Positions 7,476 through 16,767 of a DNA stretch of 51,917 nucleotides are shown here, piece by piece. This stretch comes from an uncultured Bacilli bacterium (GTDB lineage: Bacteria > Bacillota_I > Bacilli_A > RF39 > UBA660): assembly GCA_944358355.1 (NCBI GenBank), contig CALVQY010000003.1, positions 1 to 51,917 of the forward strand, in the 5' to 3' direction. Position 1 is the first letter of the stretch. Every line of letters starts with the position of its first letter. Made by a program: the position numbers and the translations under genes. Below the pieces are notes generated by a model. That model saw only the letters and a list, made by a program, of their open reading frames with translations. It searched no databases and was not told the origin of the DNA.

Positions 7476-9758
7476 TTACATATTATCTTCTTCACTATCA
7501 TCTAACTTAACAAGTACTTCTCTAGGCTTAGAACCATTAGGTGGTCCAATAATACCTCGCTCTTCTAATAAGTCAATAATACGCGCTGCTCTATTATAAC
7601 CTAGTTTAAACCTTCTTTGTAATAGTGATGCACTTGCTTTCTGAGTCTCTATAACAAACTCTACTATCTCATTATATAATGGATCATCGTACTCTTCCAC
7701 TTGAGCCATATCTTCTTTCTGTGATGCACTCTTTTCACTATCTCCAGATAAATTCATGAATGCTTGATCATACTCAGCTTTTTGTTGTTCTATTGTGTAA
7801 TCAATAATTCTTTTAATCTCATCATCAGAAATAAAGGCTCCTTGAATACGTTCTGGATCTGCTTCTCCCATTGGTAAGAATAACATATCACCTTTACCAA
7901 GTAGTTTTTCTGCACCTGTCATATCAAGAATTGTACGTGAGTCGATACTACTAGATACAGCGAAAGAAATACGACTTGGAATATTCGCTTTAACAACACC
8001 AGTAATTACATCTGTTGATGGTCTTTGAGTAGCAATAATCAAATGAATTCCGGCAGCACGAGCCATTTGGGTAATTCTCATAATAGATGCTTCTACATCT
8101 TTACTTGCAACTAACATAAGGTCTGCTAACTCATCTATTATTACGACAATAAATGGCATCTTATTCATCTGTTCATCCGCTGGTAAAGTCTTATTCATCT
8201 TCTCTACATAATCATTATAAGTTGCAATATTCTTAGTCTTAGTCTCACTAAATGTATCATAACGTCTTTCCATCTCTGAAACTATTTTAGCAAGGGCAAC
8301 TGAGGCTTCCTTAGGATCAGTTACAACTGGTCTCATTAGATGAGGAACACCATTATAACCAGAAAGTTCAACCTTTTTAGGGTCAACCATGACAAGTTTA
8401 ACTTCATCAGGTTTCGCTCTCATTAAAATAGAACAGATAATACCATTGATACATACAGATTTACCTGAACCAGTAGAACCTGCTACTAAAAGGTGTGGTG
8501 TTTTATTAATTTCACACCAAATAACATTACCCATAATATTTTTACCTAAAGGACATAATAGTTTAGAACCATCTAAAGACTTAGGTACTTTTTCTAATAC
8601 TTCTCTAAATGATACAGAAGCTGTTTCTTTATTGGCAATTTCTATACCTACAGTGTTTTTACCAGGAATTGGGGCTTGAATTCTAACATCTTTAGTAGCT
8701 ATGGCTAAAGCTATTTCTCTATGTATTGATAAAAGTTTACTAACCTTAGTACCAGAATGTAATTCTAACTCATACTGAGTAACTGTAGGACCAATATGTA
8801 CTTCTACTACTTTACCAATAATATTAAAGTCTTTTAATACTTTTTCTAGTATTTCTATATTCTTTTCAATTAAACTCTGATTAACACTATTCTTCTTTTT
8901 CTTAGGTGGATCTAATAGATTAATAGATGGCAAAACATAGTTATGTTTAACTGTAACTTTATTTTCATCTACAACATTTACTTCACTAACCTCTTTTTCA
9001 TCTTTAGAAGTATCTTCATGAACTTTCGCTTTAGTTAACTCATCGATACTAGATATAACGATTCTTTTATCATCATCTTTTATCTCACCCATAGCAGGTT
9101 CAACATTACCTGTTATGATAGGTTTCTTAGTACTAACTTCTTCATCACTACTACTCTTATCCTTCTTAGGAAATTTCTCTTTAGCAGCCTTAGCTTTGTC
9201 TTTAACAAAATCGACAATTGAAAAGCCAGTAAACAAAGAAAAGCCTATAATAATTAAGGTCCAAGCGATTATTTGCATTCCCTTATATGAGAATAATAGC
9301 ATAAATAAAACACCAAAAGTACAACCAATTATTCCTCCTCCTATAGCATTAGGCCTTGCCCCTTTCATAACATCAGAAAAGGAATTGATTAATTGATCTA
9401 CTGTTTCACTAAATACCTTTATAGCATTGCCATCATTCTGTAGTAGATAAGTTTCATGCATTAGGACCAAAACACCTATTAATAATAGATATATACCTAA
9501 CATTTTCGTTGTAAATAAATTAGGCCACTCTCTATTTATAATTAAATATACTCCTAATATTAAAAGTACAACTAATAAAGGATTATATAAAACTCCTACT
9601 AGAAATATTGCAAAAGATGCAATCATATTACCAACTGGTCCATATCTACCAATACCAAGTATTGCTGCTAAGATAAGTAATATTCCATATAGTTCTGTAG
9701 AATGAGCGAAGCCTTTTTTAGTTTCCTTCTTTTTCTTTCTTTTTGCCATAACTACCAC
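7476..9758 (-). CDS. ftsK: DNA translocase FtsK/SpoIIIE
   Basis: N-terminal TM helices; PHLLVAGSTGSGKS, IIDELADLM, ATQRPS, and gamma domain SLLQRRFKLGYNRAAR. Confidence 0.95.
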   Translation of the reverse strand: MVVMAKRKKKKETKKGFAHSTELYGILLILAAILGIGRYGPVGNMIASFAIFLVGVLYNPLLVVLLILGVYLIINREWPNLFTTKMLGIYLLLIGVLVLMHETYLLQNDGNAIKVFSETVDQLINSFSDVMKGARPNAIGGGIIGCTFGVLFMLLFSYKGMQIIAWTLIIIGFSLFTGFSIVDFVKDKAKAAKEKFPKKDKSSSDEEVSTKKPIITGNVEPAMGEIKDDDKRIVISSIDELTKAKVHEDTSKDEKEVSEVNVVDENKVTVKHNYVLPSINLLDPPKKKKNSVNQSLIEKNIEILEKVLKDFNIIGKVVEVHIGPTVTQYELELHSGTKVSKLLSIHREIALAIATKDVRIQAPIPGKNTVGIEIANKETASVSFREVLEKVPKSLDGSKLLCPLGKNIMGNVIWCEINKTPHLLVAGSTGSGKSVCINGIICSILMRAKPDEVKLVMVDPKKVELSGYNGVPHLMRPVVTDPKEASVALAKIVSEMERRYDTFSETKTKNIATYNDYVEKMNKTLPADEQMNKMPFIVVIIDELADLMLVASKDVEASIMRITQMARAAGIHLIIATQRPSTDVITGVVKANIPSRISFAVSSSIDSRTILDMTGAEKLLGKGDMLFLPMGEADPERIQGAFISDDEIKRIIDYTIEQQKAEYDQAFMNLSGDSEKSASQKEDMAQVEEYDDPLYNEIVEFVIETQKASASLLQRRFKLGYNRAARIIDLLEERGIIGPPNGSKPREVLVKLDDSEEDNM

Positions 9759-9885
9759 TCTCTTTCGTATCTTTACTACTTAAAGTATAACAAAACTAAA
9801 GAATAATTTAAAGAGATTGTCACTCATTTGACACTTTTATTTTATATGATTATTTTTATCTCATAATACTCAATCATTACACTTC

Positions 9886-10162
9886 CTATTTTTTATTATC
9901 TTTTACAGTTATATATTTCTGATTACTAGCATTACGTTTTTTATTAGTATATTCTAGTTTATTGCAATCAACAAGTAGCTTTAATATTTTATAAGCAACG
10001 TATCTTTTTGAAGAAATACCTAAATAATTCCTAATCTCTTTAGCAGTTTTTGGTTCTTTACAAAACTCTAATACATTATTAAATATTTCGCTTTGTGTAT
10101 CACTTTCTGTATCACTAACTGTATCACTTTGTTGTCCACTTACTTGTTCACTTGTACTTCTT
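9886..10162 (-). pseudogene. Start-less remnant of a Fic-like/RecG-C-type C-terminal winged-HTH domain
   Basis: Open frame ...SDTVSDTESDTQSEIFNNVLEFCKEPKTAKEIRNYLGISSKRYVAYKILKLLVDCNKLEYTNKKRNASNQKYITVKDNKK*. No ATG or SD; begins right at the antiporter stop. Confidence 0.65.
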
Positions 10163-10163
10163 A

Positions 10164-11123
10164 TTAAAAGAATAACATATATACATAATAAAGGACAAAT
10201 ACTATTAACATAATAGTTCCTTCTTTTTTACTGACTTCTCTTTCACTTCTTGCAAAAACAAATAAAAGGAATGATGATAAGAACACTGCTAGTATATCAA
10301 TAAAGCCAAAACCTTCTAGAACAATATTACCAAAAATAAGAATAGGAAGTCCTAAAACTATACATATATTAAAGATATTAGTGCCAATAATATTTCCAAT
10401 GGCCATATCAAACTCACCTTTTTTAGCACTAGTTACAGTCATAATCATCTCAGGTAAGCTTGTTCCTATTACAATAGCAGTCATAGTAATTGCTTTCTCA
10501 CTTATATTTAAAGCAGTTGCAATAGCTTTTGCAGAGTCAATAATCATCTCACTACTATAAATTATTAAAATAATAGTAATAAGCAATAAAAGGCAAGATA
10601 CTATAATAGAAAACTTTCCTTTATCTGATTCTTCTTCATTCTTCTTGTTCCTTTTAAATAACATCCCTACTAAATAAAGTATAAACATACTAAATAATAA
10701 CATCAATATTAAACTATCACTTCTTGAAAAAGTATTAGGTGTTAAAGGATTAAAACCGGCATCAAGCATTAATATAGAAAAAACTGTTGTAACAATAAAA
10801 AGTAAAGGCAATTCTTTTTTAACAGTAGCATGCCTTACTTTAATAGGCCTTATAAAACTTGCAAGACCAATAATTAAAAAAACATTTACAATACAACTAC
10901 CTATAACATTTGCAAAAGCCATTACCCCATCACCATTAGCAACACTTCTAAAAGAAATAGCAACTTCAGGAGCGCAAGTTCCAAATGATACTATAGTAAG
11001 AGCAATTAACATCTTAGGAACTCTTAATCTTAAAGCTAATGATGAAGCTGCATCTACTAAAATATCTGATGATTTAACAATAATAACAAAACCTATTAAT
11101 AAAAGAACTATATCTAAAAGCAT
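10164..11123 (-). CDS. Calcium/sodium antiporter (CaCA, YrbG-like)
   Basis: Two alpha repeats, SFGTCAPE...NVIGS and IGTSLPE...GNIIGTNIFN; about 10 TM helices. Confidence 0.9.
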   Translation of the reverse strand: MLLDIVLLLIGFVIIVKSSDILVDAASSLALRLRVPKMLIALTIVSFGTCAPEVAISFRSVANGDGVMAFANVIGSCIVNVFLIIGLASFIRPIKVRHATVKKELPLLFIVTTVFSILMLDAGFNPLTPNTFSRSDSLILMLLFSMFILYLVGMLFKRNKKNEEESDKGKFSIIVSCLLLLITIILIIYSSEMIIDSAKAIATALNISEKAITMTAIVIGTSLPEMIMTVTSAKKGEFDMAIGNIIGTNIFNICIVLGLPILIFGNIVLEGFGFIDILAVFLSSFLLFVFARSEREVSKKEGTIMLIVFVLYYVYMLFF

Positions 11124-11274
11124 AACAACACTACCTTTCTATTTATAATATTAGTATATATGATTTCAAAAGTTACTTCAAACAAAAGACATTTAGTTTA
11201 CACTAATATTATTAACAGAAAGTTATAATTTACTACAAATAATAAAGAGTGACTTTTATTCATCACTCAAATAT

Positions 11275-11883
11275 CTAGTTCATCAAACTATTATAAAGTT
11301 TATTAGCATTAGCAAAATCTGCTATCATTAAAAAGTTATCTATATAGTTACCTTTTTCATTTTTATAGTTTAAATAATAAGCATGTTCCCACATATCCAT
11401 ATTAAATAGTGGAATAAACCCAAAAGACTGAGGTAGTTCTTGATTAGATAGATTTATAACGTCTAGAGAACCCTCATCAGTTACTACTAAAAAGGTATAA
11501 CCAGATCCTTTTAAACTCATAGCCTTATTCTTAAATTCTAAAAAGAAGTTATCTATATTTCCATACTTTTTATCTATATCTTCTTTTAATTTACCACTTG
11601 GTAATATTCTATTAGGACTCATACTCTTCCAGTATAAGTTATGATTTAAGACACCACCTAGATTATATATAATATCTACCCTATCACTTTCATTAAATTC
11701 ATCAATATGATAGAATAACTCATCTATATCATAACGATAATCAAAATTATTCTTATCTAACAACTCATTTAATTTATTTAAATAATTTTGTTCATGTTTA
11801 TGATAATGAAGTCCCATTGTATGAGTATCAATATAGGGTTCTAAATCTTGAAATAAATAAGATAATACAGGTAATTTATACAT
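11275..11883 (-). CDS. sod: Fe/Mn superoxide dismutase
   Basis: Motifs LEPYID..TM.LH..KH..Y, NHNLYW and DMWEHAYY. Confidence 0.9.
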   Translation of the reverse strand: MYKLPVLSYLFQDLEPYIDTHTMGLHYHKHEQNYLNKLNELLDKNNFDYRYDIDELFYHIDEFNESDRVDIIYNLGGVLNHNLYWKSMSPNRILPSGKLKEDIDKKYGNIDNFFLEFKNKAMSLKGSGYTFLVVTDEGSLDVINLSNQELPQSFGFIPLFNMDMWEHAYYLNYKNEKGNYIDNFLMIADFANANKLYNSLMN

Positions 11884-11894
11884 AAACTCAACTC

Positions 11895-11927
11895 CAATAG
11901 TAGTTTATGTCAATCGTCTAATTATGT
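11895..11927 (-). promoter_or_regulatory. Putative sigma-K-type promoter of sod
   Basis: ACA-N15-CATAAACTA. The 15-mer CATAAACTACTATTG is identical to that upstream of gerE. Confidence 0.5.
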
Positions 11928-12003
11928 CATTATTTTAATAAAATATTCAATTATATCTCTTTTTTTGCTAAACTATAATAAAGTATTAAAGGAGTTATGT
12001 AGT

Positions 12004-12636
12004 ATGAGAAGTAAATATAGAAATTATTTAAACAAAGAGTATCATTTTGATAAATTAACAATGTTAGGAATTTTTTGTTTAATAATAGTAATATCAGGTA
12101 TGTTTGGGTGGCTCTATGAAGTGGTATTTTATTATTTTAATAGTGGTATGACTGAAATATACTGGCGTGGTGGAAACTTTTTACCTTGGATAAATATTTA
12201 TGCTATGGGTGCTATTTTAATATATGTTTTAACTTATAAGAAAAGAAAGAATCCTCTATTTGTATTTATAGTAAGTATGATATCTACTGGAATACTTGAA
12301 TATATTGGAGGATTCTTTATGGAACATATTATGCAGATAAAATGTTGGGATTATACCAATGAAATATTAAGCTTTGGTAATATTAATGGCTATGTTTGTA
12401 TAAGGAGTGTCTTAGTTTTCGGAATATCAGCTTTACTATTAATATATTTAATAGTGCCACTTTGTTTTTATCTAGCCAAAAAGATGCCTAAAAAAGCATT
12501 TCTAATATTAAGTTATACAATCTGTGGTATCTTCTTATTTGATGAGTTATATAATCTAATATTTGCTAATTTATTAAATCTTCCTAGAGCATCAGAAGTA
12601 TATAAAAATCTAGGGTTTAAGTACTTATATTTTTAA
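12004..12636 (+). CDS. Putative ABC-transporter type IV permease (CmpB/TMEM229-like)
   Basis: GWLYE, RGG.FLPWINIY, LEY.GG, WDY and NING..C; GGAG SD before the ATG at 12004. Confidence 0.75.
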   Translation: MRSKYRNYLNKEYHFDKLTMLGIFCLIIVISGMFGWLYEVVFYYFNSGMTEIYWRGGNFLPWINIYAMGAILIYVLTYKKRKNPLFVFIVSMISTGILEYIGGFFMEHIMQIKCWDYTNEILSFGNINGYVCIRSVLVFGISALLLIYLIVPLCFYLAKKMPKKAFLILSYTICGIFLFDELYNLIFANLLNLPRASEVYKNLGFKYLYF

Positions 12637-12802
12637 ATGTATCATATATATATTAACGAAACAAACTTAATTTGCTAGCCATTGGCTAGCAATTCTTATA
12701 ATATAACAAAATCAAATTTCCAACCAGTGGTTGTAAAATATTATATAAGGACCATTCTCAGTACATAATTAAATTATATATACATATTTTAAAAATATAT
12801 AA

Positions 12803-13201
12803 TCAAAACTTAATATCAATAATATTATCAAAAGATATTATAGTGTTATCTACTAAAATAATTCTTTTATATACTTCATCAACTACTTTAACATTTAAAG
12901 TTATAGTCTTATAACACCCTCCACTTTTCTTATTATCTCTAACAAAATAAGTAATTGTTACTTTAGGTCTTAATTTAATATCATTTTTTATAAGACATAA
13001 CTTCTCGTTTAGCATTAATTTTATTCCCTCATCTAGTTCTATTTTTTTAGATGTTTCTCTTGCAACTTCCTTTATCCTCTCATCATATCCAGTTAAAGCC
13101 GAAAAAGGAGCGAACTGTGCTGACCTATTTTGTAAAGACATGGGCTTTCTTATTTTAGATACATGATGGGGCATATTTATAATATCGTCATACTTATTCA
13201 T
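12803..13201 (-). CDS. YolD-like protein (Y-family polymerase partner)
   Basis: YDDII.MPHH.S....MS...R.AQFAPF.ALTG; translationally coupled to the upstream polymerase gene. Confidence 0.85.
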   Translation of the reverse strand: MNKYDDIINMPHHVSKIRKPMSLQNRSAQFAPFSALTGYDERIKEVARETSKKIELDEGIKLMLNEKLCLIKNDIKLRPKVTITYFVRDNKKSGGCYKTITLNVKVVDEVYKRIILVDNTIISFDNIIDIKF

Positions 13202-14681
13202 GATGTCCTCCTATCTGCCTATTTCTAGCCATTGTTGTTGCCCCATCTTCTAAATCCATACCTTTTAAAATAGCATTTTTCCCGTACCTTTCTTTTATCT
13301 TTAACATAGCATTTTGAAGATTGTTTTCACTTCTTAAAACTTCTCTATCATAATCTAACTTATTAGTTTCATCATCTAGACTAGAAAATAAATCTAACTG
13401 TCTATATCTAATCTTACCTTTTTCTTCCTCTTCACTTGTAAGTTTTGTAGCGGCCATAGTAACTCTTCTAATAGATAGTTTAGGATTTATAATCTTATCA
13501 TATAACTTAATCATCGCTTCAGTAATTATTTTAGATGATGACGTTTTATAATCTAAGTTAATAGTTCCATGAGCAGACTTAGGTGTAGCACGTCCATAAT
13601 GGTCTATTGTAATTTCTCCATTGTAATTATCAGTAACATTTTCGATATCATAACCAATAGTTAATACTAACTGCTCTGTTACTAATCTTTTAGAAACAAG
13701 GTCTAATGCTAAAAGTTCAGCCATTTCTCTTACTATTAATTTAGCTTTATCATATGAATATGGGCTTTGTAAAACTTGACCAGAACTTATACTTTTGGCA
13801 AGAGGTTTATAGTTTTTAATAGATTCTATTGTACAAGGCTCATAACCCCAAGCATGGTCTATTAAAAGCTCAGCATTAACCCCAAATAATTTATATAACA
13901 AGTCTTCATTATTAATAGAACACCTTGCAACATCACCCATTGTATAAATACTGTACTTCTCTAATCTTTTAGAAATACCCTTACCTACTCGCCAAATATC
14001 TGTAATAGGTACATGATTCCATAACATTTTTCTATAAGACATTTCATTAAGTTCGGCAATTCTAACTCCAAACTCATTAGGTGTGATGTGTTTTGCCACT
14101 ACATCCATAGCAACTTTAGCAAGAAATAAGTTAGTACCAATTCCCCCTGTCGCTGTAATACCAGTTGTATCATAAACATCTTTAATTATTTTTGTAATTA
14201 AGTCTTTAGAAGATAGTTTATAGTACTTTAAGTAATTAGTTATATCCATAAATACTTCATCAATAGAATAAACAAATATATCTTCTTTAGCAATATACTT
14301 TAAATAGATATTATATATTTTAGCAGAATAGTCAATATAATGAGCCATTCTAGGAGGAGCGATAATTAAATCTAATTCTTTAGTCTTATCTTTCTTTAAG
14401 ATATCATCATTAACTGCTTTACCACTAAACTTTTTATAACCATTAGATTTCCTTCGTATCTTATTAATCTCTTTAATTTTACTTAACACTTCAAAAAGTC
14501 TCGCTCTACCACCTATACCATACTGCTTCAATGCTGGACTTACCGCTAAACAAATTGTCTTTTCTGTCCTAGATTTATCAGCGACAACAAGGTTAGTTTT
14601 TAAGGGATTAAGTCCTCTTTCAACACATTCAACTGATGCATAAAAACTTTTTAAATCAATACAACTATATACCTTTTCCAT
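13194..14681 (-). CDS. umuC: Y-family error-prone DNA polymerase (UmuC/UvrX-like)
   Basis: Motifs IDLKSFYASVEC, YSIDEVF, GIGTNLFLAK and RNRQIGGH. Confidence 0.9.
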   Translation of the reverse strand: MEKVYSCIDLKSFYASVECVERGLNPLKTNLVVADKSRTEKTICLAVSPALKQYGIGGRARLFEVLSKIKEINKIRRKSNGYKKFSGKAVNDDILKKDKTKELDLIIAPPRMAHYIDYSAKIYNIYLKYIAKEDIFVYSIDEVFMDITNYLKYYKLSSKDLITKIIKDVYDTTGITATGGIGTNLFLAKVAMDVVAKHITPNEFGVRIAELNEMSYRKMLWNHVPITDIWRVGKGISKRLEKYSIYTMGDVARCSINNEDLLYKLFGVNAELLIDHAWGYEPCTIESIKNYKPLAKSISSGQVLQSPYSYDKAKLIVREMAELLALDLVSKRLVTEQLVLTIGYDIENVTDNYNGEITIDHYGRATPKSAHGTINLDYKTSSSKIITEAMIKLYDKIINPKLSIRRVTMAATKLTSEEEEKGKIRYRQLDLFSSLDDETNKLDYDREVLRSENNLQNAMLKIKERYGKNAILKGMDLEDGATTMARNRQIGGHHE

Positions 14682-14706
14682 CTAACTCACCAATATCATT
14701 TTATCA

Positions 14707-14720
14707 CGAACATTTATTCG
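14707..14720. promoter_or_regulatory. LexA (SOS/Cheo) box upstream of umuC
   Basis: CGAACATTTATTCG, one mismatch to the Bacillota consensus CGAAC-N4-GTTCG, within the palindrome TCACGAA...TTCGTGA. Confidence 0.75.
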
Positions 14721-14939
14721 TGAAAAGTAGTTTTAGTTAATTGGAAAAAATTAACAAAATATCTATAAATTGAAAAAGACTGGAAGACCGTAGTCATCTC
14801 CAGTGCTCACAAGTAAATCATACAAAAACGAGTTTGGCAAATTTATTTTTTATCCATTCGACCACTTTTCGGACACTTATTGTTTTTTTAGTGATGTCAA
14901 AATATAATAAAACTTAAAAGTCCTAGTAAATTTCTAAAA

Positions 14940-15025
14940 TGGTGCAGAAAACAAGACTCGAACTCGCACGATTAATTATAACTATCCACGTGGGAGTTGT
15001 GCGTCTAAAACACCGTCATTCCTGC
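14940..15025 (-). tRNA. Degenerate tRNA-Leu-like element (pseudo-tRNA; anticodon not assignable)
   Basis: Acceptor GCAGGAA/TTTCTGC + A-CCA, T arm GCGAG-TTCGAGT-CTTGT and Leu-like AGACGCA. The D loop and anticodon arm are non-canonical. Confidence 0.6.
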
Positions 15026-15041
15026 ATAAAGGATAGTTAAT

Positions 15042-16157
15042 TTACTTAACTATCCAAAATGTTGGTATATCTCTAAGACCATTCTCTCCGCCTGCTACTG
15101 GATGATTGATAATCTCATTATTGATTACTAAAGCACTAGAGCTACCGCCATCCATATTAGCAGCATTAACAGCACCATAGTTTTCCATTATCTCTGTTAA
15201 ATCTCCCATATCAGCACCGATTGAAGTTGCAAGGCGTCCATTAATTACTAAGAATAAGACAATACCATCTTTTCTTTGACCAATAGCAGTTCTTGGAGCA
15301 ATACCCCAACCACCATTACCTTTAACAAAACTACTTTTACCATTAACAATTAAGAAAGGCCCAAATTCAACTGCATCTCTAATTCCCATAGCAAGAGCCT
15401 CATCAGCACTCATCTTGCCAAGAACTAGTTTATCATCATTGGTAAAACCTACAAAGCCTCCACCCATCTTAGCATCATCATAATCACTTACAACTTTTCC
15501 ATCTTTAATAACTGTACCATGAGGTAGTGCACCATTTGAATTCCAATCAGGATCATAAAATCCTCCAGCATTAATAGCAACTATAGCATTTTCTCTTTTG
15601 GCAACTGTAGTAATAGTCTCTCCTCTTTTACCAAGATAATTAGTAGTAGCAATAGAAACACGTGATGGATCATATATCGCTACTAAATATCCTTGATAAC
15701 CACTACCACTAACTTCAATAACTTTATATAAGTCATTACCAGGATCTTTGGTTAAAATCTCTTTTTCATATTCATTTTCATAAATTTTTCCTTTAGTATC
15801 ATAATCTTTAAAATTAATTAAATTAGGATTAGTAGTCTCATCTACTTCAATTATATGATTATTAGATAGTACTTCATTAATAACATCATTATTATAAAAC
15901 CATGTAGCTAAATACTGATGAGACATAGAAGTCATCGCGGAAGTTATCCAAAAGTTTCTAAAGCCATCTATTGGTCCATAGAATAGAAATAAAGAAAAGG
16001 AACTACCTATTATAAATAGAGCTATTATGATTTTAGTAATTATCTTTTTTTCTTTTCTCTTTTCCTTTTTCAATTCATTAGCAATACTAGGCATCAAAAT
16101 TGTCTTATCTAAATCTCTTTTATTCACTAGGCTCAGCTCCTGTATTATTTTCATCAC
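15042..16157 (-). CDS. Phosphodiester glycosidase (NAGPA) family protein
   Basis: N-terminal TM; motifs AINAGGF, FGPFL, PRTAIGQ and NMDGGSS. Confidence 0.88.
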   Translation of the reverse strand: MMKIIQELSLVNKRDLDKTILMPSIANELKKEKRKEKKIITKIIIALFIIGSSFSLFLFYGPIDGFRNFWITSAMTSMSHQYLATWFYNNDVINEVLSNNHIIEVDETTNPNLINFKDYDTKGKIYENEYEKEILTKDPGNDLYKVIEVSGSGYQGYLVAIYDPSRVSIATTNYLGKRGETITTVAKRENAIVAINAGGFYDPDWNSNGALPHGTVIKDGKVVSDYDDAKMGGGFVGFTNDDKLVLGKMSADEALAMGIRDAVEFGPFLIVNGKSSFVKGNGGWGIAPRTAIGQRKDGIVLFLVINGRLATSIGADMGDLTEIMENYGAVNAANMDGGSSSALVINNEIINHPVAGGENGLRDIPTFWIVK

Positions 16158-16755
16158 TTATTTCTGTTTCAGTATCTTTTCTACCGTTATATTCTCTATC
16201 TCCATTTATATCTAAGTAATCTCTATCTAACTTAATTTTTTCTAATTTAGTATCACTACTACTATTATTATCATTTAACCACTCGTTATAAGAATCGATA
16301 AGGGCATTATAACTATTAACATCACTTATATATGTATTAACTACTTCTTCATATCCTGCTACTATCGCTTCACATTTATTATTAACGTCAGCATCAGGAT
16401 GTAAAACATTAATACATTTATCTTTTACCTCATCATAATCTTTATCTATTTTTCCTAAACTATCATTATAAGTTTGATACAAATCTTTATAATTTGCATC
16501 ATTATCTTTTAAGGTTTGATAATAAGTATCACTTAAAACTTCACTGTAGATATTATCTCTTATTTTATTAAAAGACTCTACATCTGTTTTAAATTCTTCA
16601 TAATACTCACGAACTACATGCATTCTCTTTTTAACTTCAGCTTGATCATTATTATAATTTATAATTACATAGGAAATAACTCCTATAACTATTAATAGAA
16701 ATCCAACAAATATCATTATTCCTAGATGTTTATTATTTTGATGCTTTGCTTCCAT
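16120..16755 (-). CDS. Hypothetical single-TM helical protein
   Basis: 211-aa ORF with one N-terminal TM, in the operon. Confidence 0.7.
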   Translation of the reverse strand: MEAKHQNNKHLGIMIFVGFLLIVIGVISYVIINYNNDQAEVKKRMHVVREYYEEFKTDVESFNKIRDNIYSEVLSDTYYQTLKDNDANYKDLYQTYNDSLGKIDKDYDEVKDKCINVLHPDADVNNKCEAIVAGYEEVVNTYISDVNSYNALIDSYNEWLNDNNSSSDTKLEKIKLDRDYLDINGDREYNGRKDTETEISDENNTGAEPSE

Positions 16756-16767
16756 AAAACTACACTC

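Noticed and set aside
12670-12750. Paired hairpins GCTAGCCATTGGCTAGC and CAACCAGTGGTTG as IS200/REP-like ends or an sRNA
   Set aside because: They lie between convergent genes, so terminators are sufficient explanation; single copy and no transposase.
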